This document shows, piece by piece, positions 1 through 10,700 of a stretch of DNA of 64,000 nucleotides. The DNA is from Podarcis muralis (lineage: Eukaryota), in assembly GCF_964188315.1 (NCBI RefSeq), contig NC_135655.1:74338001-74402000 (forward strand), written 5' to 3'. Below the pieces are notes generated by a model. It was given only the letters and a program-made list of their open reading frames with translations. It was not told where the DNA came from and did no database searches. Each line of letters begins with the position of its first letter. The stretch's first letter is position 1. The translations under genes and the position numbers were made by a program.

Positions 1-873
1 CCACAAGGTTGCAGATTTGCACTTACCTCGCAAGGTTGCTCAAGTCAAGTGAGCAAGCCTAACCTGCAAGCTGCTGGTACCAGATGATGTACTCTGGCCT
101 ATTGCTGTTCAAACATGCCTAAAACTAGTCTGGCTGCTTTCTGTAGTTCCTTTGCCAGCTCACAAATTGAAGTCATGGGCTGGGAGTCCTGACACTGGAG
201 TTCAAGTTCTGCTTCATCACATCTGTGCTCTCTGCAGGGGATGTAATTATAGTGATAGCTTGCCTTAAGCTTGCCAGGATATACATGTTTCTGAGAATTA
301 GTTTCCCAAGAAGGTAGAGGTATGTGCTATAAGCATATTGTTGCTGCTGCTGTTGTTTATATTCACAAAAGCAACACAAATTTTAAATATTAAAACCAGT
401 TATAATAAACACAACTAATAAAAACCTTTAAAAGCATATCCAAACAAATAAAAGACAGGTTTTATAGATCTTCCCTCACCAAGAGAGGACACACAAAGGG
501 GCCAGGTTCAAAAGGGAAATTTTTAGCCTGGCACCCAAAGATAGATTGAGATGGTGCCAGGGAAATCTTCCTGGAGAGAGCATTGCACAAGCAGGGATAC
601 CACCCTCCAGACTTCTTATGAAAGGGACTCATGAAGAAGAGCCTCGGATGATGATGATTACTGTTTCCAAGTCAGTTCGTGTAAGGAGAGGTGGCCAAAA
701 CATATAGCAGTGAAATAGTCTTAAATGCAAATAGTGGGGCTTTGAGTGGGGAGGAGTTGCAAATATACAGAAGAGACACAAATGTTCATTCAGGTTTCCT
801 TCAGTGCAGTTTCCCCTCTTGACCAATGTTGGTTGCCAAACCTCGACTTTGTTCTTGGGCTTCTCCTCTTCAG

Positions 874-1041
874 AAAGATCCCAAGGAAGCTCTGGTCATT
901 GCTGTGACAACAAGGGCTATTTTCAACCTGGAAAAGGAGCACGAGATCTTTTTGACAAAGGGAAAGGAGGAATATGTGAAGCATCAGCAAACGAATAAGA
1001 ACAACCCTTTGGAGCCAGGGACAGCCTTTACTTTTATCCAG
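874..1041 (+). CDS. NT5C1A-like: NT5C1A-like coding exon (168 nt): KDPKEALVIAVTTRAIFNLEKEH...EPGTAFTFIQ
   Basis: ttctcctcttcag|AAAGAT acceptor and CAG|gtaaag donor; resembles the cN-IA segment ITIAVSSRALF...PGPAFPFVK. Confidence 0.9.
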
Positions 1042-1682
1042 GTAAAGTGCCCAGAACAGCTCGGTCAAGGCATGTGTGAAATACAGACCCCCCTGTGTCT
1101 TTTAGAATTCTCATATCGGAATTAACGGACACTTTTGCTGTTGAAATGGGTGGCAGTGGATTTTTCACTTGCACTGTTAATCTGGCTTTGCAATATGCTT
1201 TACACCCATGGATATGTAAATAGACAATCTTGTCCCCCTCGTGTTTTAATCAGACTGTAAAGATGTTTTTAGGATGCGGGTGGCGCTGTGGGTTAAACCA
1301 CAGAGCCTAGGACTTGCCGATCAGAAGGTCGGTGGTTCGAATCCCCAGACATGGTGAGCTCCTGTTGCTCGGTCCCAGCTCCTGCCAACCTAGCAGTTCA
1401 AAAGCACGTCAAAGTGCAAGTAGATAAATAGGTACCGCTCCGGCGGGAAGGTAAACGGCGTTTCCGTGCGTTGCTCTGGTTCGCCAGAAACAGCTTAGTC
1501 ATGCTGGCCCACATGACCCGGAAACTGTACGCCGGCTCCCTCGGCTAATAAAGCAAGATGAGCGCCGCAACCCCAGAGTTGGTCACGACTGGACCTAATG
1601 GTCAGGGGTCCCTTTACCTTTAAAGATGTTTTAAATGAATATATAAGCGTTCTTTTGCATACACTTTCATTTCCAGTGTGTG

Positions 1683-1764
<82 letters not shown>

Positions 1765-4700
1765 GGTTTTGGTGTCCTCGGGTGTCTTCCCGTGTAAAAG
1801 TTGGGGTGTCTAGGCGACGTTTCGACGAGGTCTCACTCGTCATCTTCAGGCTGGTGCTTTCGGCTTCTTGTTACTGGAACAGAGCAGGATCTCAGTGTTT
1901 GAGTTCCTATAAATACTGTTGAGGAGGTGTGGTGTATAGCCTCCAATGTTCTGGGCAGAGAGGAAGTTCCCAGGCTAGTGTGCCTTTTCTTCTTTTGTTC
2001 CTTAATTGCTTGAGGGATATCTTGAGTGATTTCTTGAGTGATATCCTGAGTACCACTTAGGTGGGTCATTAGGTGTGGATTAGTTGCTAAAGCCTTTGTG
2101 TCTTGACCTCTTGAACTTTGTGAAGAGTTTTTCTGAGAAGATGGCTGTACTGCATTTAGTTGTGCTCTGGCTTGGCTTCGTGTATAGGGGCGAGCTGTGG
2201 TTTTGTGGCCTGTGCCAGCCAGATCTGTGTAGGGATTGCAGGGGGGTGCAGCATCCGGAGGTGCCACCATGGTTTGGCTACTGGATGGTGTCTGTAATTT
2301 ATCTGTGGAGAGGGTCTGGGTTTGGGTCTGGTGTGGTTGATTGGTGATGGCGTTCTGTGTGCCTCTGGATCTGGTGTCAGTTTTTGTGGGGAGGGCTAAT
2401 TTCCAGATGTCTGGCAAGCGGGATGTGTCGTCACGCTTGTTCATGTTGTGAGGGTGTTTCTCTATCTCGATGGCTTCCATGATTATTCTCTTGTGGTGAT
2501 GTTCCATGTTAGAGAGCAATTTGGAATCTGCAAAATTAATTTCGTGTCCTGTTTCTTTCATGTGTTGGAAAAGAGAGGAAGTTTTTTCTTCTTTTTTGAC
2601 GGCATTCTTGTGTTCTGCGATACGTGCATTTATTCGTCTGTTTGTTTGTCCAATGTACGTGGCTGGGCAGACTTTGCAGGGTATTTCATAGACCCCTTGG
2701 TTTTCTAACTGGATTTTATCCTTGGGGTTTCTGAGGATATTGGCTATTTTTTGGTTGGCGCAAAAGGCTGTTTTGATATTGTGTTTATGGAGGATTTTGC
2801 TAATTTTATCTGTAGTGCCCTTGATATAAGGAAGGAGGGCCATGCCATTGTTTTCTTCTGTGTCTTGGTTTTTGGGGGGTGTTTCTTTTTGGATTAGCTT
2901 CGTAACCCTGTTTTGCTGGTATCCATTGGCAATTAACACATTTGAGAGATTCTGTAACTCAGTTGTCAAGTGGTCTTTGTCAGCCAGGCGTTTGGTTCTG
3001 GAGATGAGAGTCTTGGCTACGGAGTTTATTTGTGCAGGGTGGTGGTGTGATTGTGCATGTAAGTAGCGGTTGGTGTGTGTTTTTTTCCGGTAGATAGTGT
3101 GTCCTAGGGAGCCATCAGGTTTTTTGTAGATTAGGACGTCAAGGAAGGGAAGTTGGTTGTTGGCTTCTATTTCCATAGTGAATTGTATTTTGGGGTGTAG
3201 GCTGTTGAGATGTGTGAGGAAGCTGTCCAGTTTTTCTTTCCCGTGTGGCCAAATTACAAAGGTGTCGTCAACATATCTGAGCCAAAGTTTGGGTTTGTGT
3301 TCTGACTTGTCTAAAGCATTGGTTTCAAAGTGTTCCATGTACAGGTTTGCGATGACCGGTGAGAGGGGTGATCCCATAGGTGCTCCTTCTATCTGTTTGT
3401 ATTTTTGTCCATTGTGGATGAAGTACGTGTTGGTTAGGCAGTGGTTGGTTAGGTCCAAGATGTATTCGGGGGGAATGGACAAAGATACAAACAGATGGAC
3501 AAAGATACAAACAGATAGAAGGAGCACCTATGGGATCACCCCTCTCACCGGTCATCGCAAACCTGTACATGGAACACTTTGAAACCAATGCTTTAGACAA
3601 GTCAAAAACCTGTACATGGAACACTTTGAAACCAATGCTTTAGACAAGTCAGAACACAAACCCAAACTTTGGCTCAGATATGTTGACGACACCTTTGTAA
3701 TTTGGCCACACGGGAAAGAAAAACTGGACAGCTTCCTCACACATCTCAACAGCCTACACCCCAAAATACAATTCACTATGGAAATAGAAGCCAACAACCA
3801 ACTTCCCTTCCTTGACGTCCTAATCTACAAAAAACCTGATGGCTCCCTAGGACACACTATCTACCGGAAAAAAACACACACCAACCGCTACTTACATGCA
3901 CAATCACACCACCACCCTGCACAAATAAACTCCGTAGCCAAGACTCTCATCTCCAGAACCAAACGCCTGGCTGACAAAGACCACTTGACAACTGAGTTAC
4001 AGAATCTCTCAAATGTGTTAATTGCCAATGGATACCAGCAAAACAGGGTTACGAAGCTAATCCAAAAAGAAACACCCCCCAAAAACCAAGACACAGAAGA
4101 AAACAATGGCATGGCCCTCCTTCCTTATATCAAGGGCACTACAGATAAAATTAGCAAAATCCTCCATAAACACAATATCAAAACAGCCTTTTGCGCCAAC
4201 CAAAAAATAGCCAATATCCTCAGAAACCCCAAGGATAAAATCCAGTTAGAAAACCAAGGGGTCTATGAAATACCCTGCAAAGTCTGCCCAGCCACGTACA
4301 TTGGACAAACAAACAGACGAATAAATGCACGTATCGCAGAACACAAGAATGCCGTCAAAAAAGAAGAAAAAACTTCCTCTCTTTTCCAACACATGAAAGA
4401 AACAGGACACGAAATTAATTTTGCAGATTCCAAATTGCTCTCTAACATGGAACATCACCACAAGAGAATAATCATGGAAGCCATCGAGATAGAGAAACAC
4501 CCTCACAACATGAACAAGCGTGACGACACATCCCGCTTGCCAGACATCTGGAAATTAGCCCTCCCCACAAAAACTGACACCAGATCCAGAGGCACACAGA
4601 ACGCCATCACCAATCAACCACACCAGACCCAAACCCAGACCCTCTCCACAGATAAATTACAGACACCATCCAGTAGCCAAACCATGGTGGCACCTCCGGA

Positions 4701-7700
4701 TGCTGCACCCCCCTGCAATCCCTACACAGATCTGGCTGGCACAGGCCACAAAACCACAGCTCGCCCCTATACACGAAGCCAAGCCAGAGCACAACTAAAT
4801 GCAGTACAGCCATCTTCTCAGAAAAACTCTTCACAAAGTTCAAGAGGTCAAGACACAAAGGCTTTAGCAACTAATCCACACCTAATGACCCACCTAAGTG
4901 GTACTCAGGATATCACTCAAGAAATCACTCAAGATATCCCTCAAGCAATTAAGGAACAAAAGAAGAAAAGGCACACTAGCCTGGGAACTTCCTCTCTGCC
5001 CAGAACATTGGAGGCTATACACCACACCTCCTCAACAGTATTTATAGGAACTCAAACACTGAGATCCTGCTCTGTTCCAGTAACAAGAAGCCGAAAGCAC
5101 CAGCCTGAAGATGACGAGTGAGACCTCGTCGAAACGTCGCCTAGACACCCCAACTTTTACACGGGAAGACACCCGAGGACACCAAAACCTGCATTCCTGT
5201 ACCCGTGAAAATCTACGAAAGCAAATATATATATATATATATATATGGTTGCAATATATATGGTTGCAATATTCCTTTCTCCCACAACTGGGGAGTGGGT
5301 ATGTGAGAGCACCATAAGCAGTGCAAATACAATCACAGTTTTGCCTGTGACAGAATCAGTTCCCTGAAACTGCTAGAAAATTGTGGATCTGGTTTTTCTT
5401 CTTCACGACTCCCTCTCGCACAGTAATATGCACCTGTGCTTTCAGAGTAGTGAAGATGCTTTCAAATAATCTGAGCCATATTTAAAATGCTAACACATTT
5501 GCCTTCACCACTTACAGCCTTAAAGGCCAGGGTTTAGGTATATAGTAATGAATGGTAATACACCTCTGGGCACTTCTACCCCACCCCAGGCAGCACAGTT
5601 TGTGAACAAGAAACTTCTTGAAAGAGACCCAGAGGAGAAGGAGCTCTTTGACGTGATTGTCCTCTCCAATAACAGTCCAGAGAGTGGTGTGCGGGTCATC
5701 AACAGTGCTAAGCAACATGGTAGGTGTCCTAGGCATAAGATTGTTAAGCCATTTTCATTTCATTTTTTCCATTCATTGTAAATTTCATTCTTTCTGGGGG
5801 TAATTTTGATTTCCTCTTGACCTCGTTTGCATTTCTGCACATTACAATGATGAGTCCATATGAATTGTGAATCGAGAAACAAAAAGAGGTAAGGACACTG
5901 GACAGGCTACAAAGCCATTCATCCCTGTGCTAGGAAGACAGCACTTAGTATGGAATAGGAGGCTAGTTCATGCTTATAGAGGACCACTTCTGAGTGCCTT
6001 GGGAGACCCATAACTGGAGGAGTCATCTAGAAAAAGGCTCATGCATTTGCACAAATCAGGCAGCCACTGGCAAATGTGGTTTCATTTATTAGTTTGTTTC
6101 AGTGATATATATCCTGTCCTTTGCAGAAGCCACAGGGCACTTTGCTAAAAGGTCAAACGAATTAAAAAGAAGTAAACTCTTTAAAAAAAACCCACACACA
6201 CTCATTTAAAATGTAAAGCACAGCAGCTCATAATGATTCAATTTATGTAGCAATTACTAACAGTACCACCAGCAGCAAATTAGACCTTTTTCTAGTCAAC
6301 CTTGTATTCCAAATGCACACCAAAAAGGTGCATTTTGACAAATCACCTAACACAGGCCTCCCCAACCTTCAGCCCTCCAGATGTTTTGGACTACTATTCC
6401 CATCATCCCTGACCGCTGGTCCTTTTAGCTAGGGATTGTGGGAGTTGTAGGCCAAAACATCTGGAGGGCCGCAGGTTGGGGATGTCTGACCTAACACTAC
6501 ATAAAGGCAGGACTGCACACACCTTGAAATAGAGGGAGTTCCATATGCAAAGAATTACCACTGAAAATGCACTTCCCTGGGCCCTCACACCACACAGTTC
6601 ATCCTGCTGATCTTAAAGCACAAATAGTCCCTGTATATTGCCAAAGTGCACACATGGAGGTCACTTTAAGTGTGAAACAACTCACAACAATACAGTGGTA
6701 CCTCGGGTTAAGTACTTAATTCGTTCCGGAGGTCCGTTCTTAACCTGAAGCACCACTTTAGCTAATGGGGCCTCCCGCTGCCGCCGCGCCGCTGCAGCAC
6801 AATTTCCGTTCTCATCCTGAAGCAAAGTTCTTAACCCGAGGTACTATTTCTGGATTAGCGGAGTCTGTAACCTGAAGCGTCTGTAACCTGAAGCGTATGT
6901 AACCCGAGGTACCACTGTATACATACCAGGGAGTAGGGAGGAACAAATAGTACCAGTAAGTAACTTATGGCGGAATCCCACCAGGGAGTAAGCCCGTTGC
7001 ATTCAGTGGGGGACTTACTTCTGAATAAATATGGCTTGGACTGCAGCCTAAGACACCATCTTTGTTTTATGATTATGATCCATATGAACAGGACTATATT
7101 GTTTGCAGGCAGAAGGTGAAGAAGGCAGGGAGCACTTGGCTCCAAAATTTAGTGGCAGCTCAGGATGGAGGATAATGTTTGGCCCACATATTTCAGTGCA
7201 CTGACCAAGTTTGTACTGAAATTATCTTTTGGATTTCACACCTCTCCAAATGTTGCGAAACAGTCGTTGGGTTGGCTCAAAGAATGTATAAAAATCTGTT
7301 GAAATTTGTGCATTATATAAAGTATGTTTAGGATTGCCCACATTGCAATGAAATATGTACTGAAATGCATTGTTTGTGATAAAATATGTGCTTAAATCCA
7401 CATTTAACTATGAATTTTCATGCTTTTAAAAACACACACACAGGTAAATGTGGAAATGGGATGGAACAGACTCATGAATGAACACACGTGGCAGTGTCTC
7501 GTATTGCAAATAGTTCAGTCTATACTTATCCCACATGTCAACTAGCTTCCTTGAAGACTTGTGTCTGTATGTACCCCTGCTTCACCACTGTGGGAGGGAG
7601 ATGGTTTCCATGCAGCCCAATCTGCCTGTGACTAGGTCCACATTCCAAAAAAAATCAGAACCAGGCATGTACTCCAAGAAGGAGATGACACATTTAACAA

Positions 7701-10700
7701 TCATCTGGGTTATAGCTGTGAATATGAGCTCTGAGACTTTGCAGCCTCCCCACAATTGGCAGGGAAAGGGTATGTGCTACAAACATAAAAGTATGGAGGG
7801 AAATTTCCACAAAGGATGCAGCGGGAAAGAGCAGAGAGCAAGTGCTGCATTTACATCTTGGCAAGGTTGCCACTTTTCCTGTGGTGTTTATTCCCCATTG
7901 TGCGAGGATGTGAGTTGGGGACACTGTGAAGTTATGTGAGCAGTAACACAAGGCTACCTGGAAGCAGCCAAGGTGTGGTCTCAAGCTCTGACTCACCTAG
8001 GTACAGTTTAACCAGCTGTACTTATTTCCCAGGACTTGTATGGGTGGAACAGGCACCCTTGAGGGCATACCATAGTGTGAGTGCTGAGGGGGGAAGGCGC
8101 CTGGAACCAAGACAGGGACTTTCAGATTCAAAATGAAAGGGCATGTGAGCCTGAGACTGCCTCAAACTATCAGCACCATCTCATGGGCCCCAAACCCCTC
8201 TCTCAGGGCTTGGGTATGTGCTTTAGATAACTACTCCCATCCCTGTACGTGCATCAAATGTAGAAAAACCCACCATTTGAAGATCACAACTTTCTGTAGT
8301 TCCTTCCTCTTTCTTTATTAGTGAAAATGAAAGAAAACAATAAAAGATGCAGAATACTTTGCGGGTGTTCCAATCGTATGGCCACTTTAATCATTTTGCC
8401 ATGCTTGACAGTATTTATAAAAACAGAACAGCAGCGCTGTTAGAATAATATAATCATAGATTCTAACAGTTCTGCTGTTCTGTTTTAGTAATTAGTACTG
8501 TTGCTTAAATCCATTCCAAAACAGAGCAGGGGTGTATTGTGTCCTGTACTCTATTGTTCCAATGCTGTGTGAAGAAGTTCAATTTCTCAATAATTACATT
8601 ATTTTGGCACCTCCCTTCTCCGACTCTTACAAAGTTGGATTGAGTAAGCCATATCTCATACCTACAGACACTGGCCTCCTATAGAAGGTGGGGTAATCTT
8701 TTTGCAATGCTGACTAATCAACAATAAATAATCAATTGAGTTGCTATTAAAAGTGACCATTTCCACATTCTGATCTGGCACTTTAACCTACATATATCTA
8801 AACAGGATAAACAACTGATTGAATGCTAGGTCAATGCCTATGATTTTCTTGATTTCTATTACAACAGAGAGTCAAAACTGCTTAATATTAGGATGGGGCT
8901 AAAAAAGAACATGTTTACCCCATCAGAGTTGCACTCCAACACTGGTGCTGTGACTGAGCATAGATTTGACTGAGTCTGTGAAGTGTTGGTTCTAGGGCAC
9001 CAATGGGAGCTTTCCTCCTAAGGCTAATGCCAACTTCCGGAGTGATTTTTGCCAAGGTGGTGACCGGGGAAATGATTGATGATGCCCCTTCCTGTGCATC
9101 ACAGTCCTGATCCTGCCTGGGCCTCCCCACATTGGCATTTAAAAAAACACTATGCCCATGAATTGCTTACATGCCATTGACATTGTATCCAGTTTGGTCC
9201 AGAATGAAAGACTTGATACTTTTGTTTTAGCTGTGCAAGTAGCACTATAGTGACATCTGGTGACAATTTCTAAGTGTTACACAACCAAGATTAAGAAGAG
9301 GTTGCCTAGTTCAGCCCTGCAAATCAGACCTTGTAGTATGGTATATTTTCTTCTAATATGCTTAAACTCCTTGTTAGTCCCCCCTTTACAACTGACTGCA
9401 CAATATTTATTTGTCCCTGGATTAAAGGTCTGGAGATCTCCAAGTTTTGTTTTGTCAGTGATGAAGATTCTACCCAGTACTTGAAAACCCACAATGTGAA
9501 GCTTTTCCTTTCAGCTGACATGACAGATGTGTGCAATGCGCTTCAAAGAGGTTTGTTTCTGTTTCTTCTTTTCTTTCGCCTAAAAAGTTCCTGTTACAGT
9601 TTGTTGACATTGCTTTGATTTTATGTCCTGGGCCTACCATCTCTCCTTCCATATGTCCTCTCAAAATCATCTGTGCACCATCAAGTTCAAACAACAGAGA
9701 AATGTGCTTGCTCTCTTGCTCCGAAATGCTGTTTGTGGGTTTGTACCCAGGATAAATCCCGGTTGGTGTCATTGTTTAGTGTGGTAAGTTCCTCTAGCGG
9801 CGTGATTGTGAGGAAAGTCACATTCGTTGCTGAAGAGGAATAGTGTTTCCCTGCAATGTTCCTCACACTTCTGAACAGACATCTTGAGGAAACACTGACC
9901 TGTTCAGCTAGTGCACAGGGAACGTGGGAGAGAGGCTTCAACCCTAGGCGAGACTGCTTCATCTCTTCTGCTTTCCCCTGGAGCCTGTTGTTGTGACAAG
10001 GCAGCTGCATCAAAGACAACCTGTCCTCCTCCCTTTGAAGGCTGACAGCAAAATAAAACAAAAAATAAAGCAGTCAGTTGTGACATCTAAAAGCTTTAAT
10101 AGTCATGAGCAGGCTGTGAACCAACAGAGCATGCCTCACATCTGTCACTTCCAGAGATACACCACATCTGTGTCTGCTTAACCTCAGGAGATCATTTCAT
10201 GCCAGAGAATAGGATATTTAAATTGGGGCCTAGTCCAAGCTGTGTCTATCATGCATCCTCTGCTGAACCACTTCCAGACAGGCAATCTAACCGTCTCTCT
10301 GTCATACAGGAGTTTCAGCAGCACTCATCTTCCAGCAGGAGATCCAGGCTCCCAGCACCCAGCTGCACGTCGTCTTTGACGGTGATGCTGTACTTTTTTC
10401 AGACGAGACGGAGCGGGTCTTTCGTGAGAAGGGGCTGGAGGGGGCTGTAGCGTATGAGAAAAAGATGGAAAGTGTGCCCATGGGAGAGGTGAGGTTGCTT
10501 ACTTTTCTTACCCTTTACTTGCATCCATTCCCACCCCCCGCAAGGTGTATGAGTGATTTCTCCCTCTAAGACTCATTTCTATAATATATATGAATCGATA
10601 TAACTAGCTATTGAGATCTTGAGCAAGGGCGAGATGGCAAGGTCAGGGTTATGCTACAGTTGATGGGCTTTGCTCATATCCAACTGCTGAGAAGATGATC

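Larger units (their letters stand above)
1761..5224. mobile_element. Penelope-like retroelement (Poseidon-type), 5'-truncated, as a head-to-head inverted duplication
   Basis: Left arm ~1760-3413 (-) is the reverse complement of right arm ~3474-5194 (+), with a 60-bp spacer. Both encode RT (GAPMGSPLSP, RYVDD) and GIY-YIG endonuclease (GVYEIPCKVC...YIGQT, R, E, N). (TA)n on both sides. Confidence 0.93.

Noticed and set aside
1-873. Search for exon 1 of the nucleotidase gene
   Set aside because: No ATG-to-phase-0-donor segment I can support; probably upstream of the window
3479-3527. N-terminus MLLLSVCIFVHLFVSLS of the 564-aa ORF looks like a signal peptide
   Set aside because: It is the reverse complement of the right arm and its 20-bp duplication read across the inversion junction, not a real leader
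2084-4870. Paired identical ORFs on opposite strands (87, 86, 74, 61 aa and others)
   Set aside because: Antisense by-products of the Penelope palindrome
6855-6910. Regularly spaced AACCTGAAGCG repeats (also in other copies)
   Set aside because: Internal subterminal repeats of the Tc1/mariner MITE, not a CRISPR-like array
9687-10061. 124-aa antisense ORF with a polypyrimidine-AG at its start
   Set aside because: No recognisable motif; a length expected by chance
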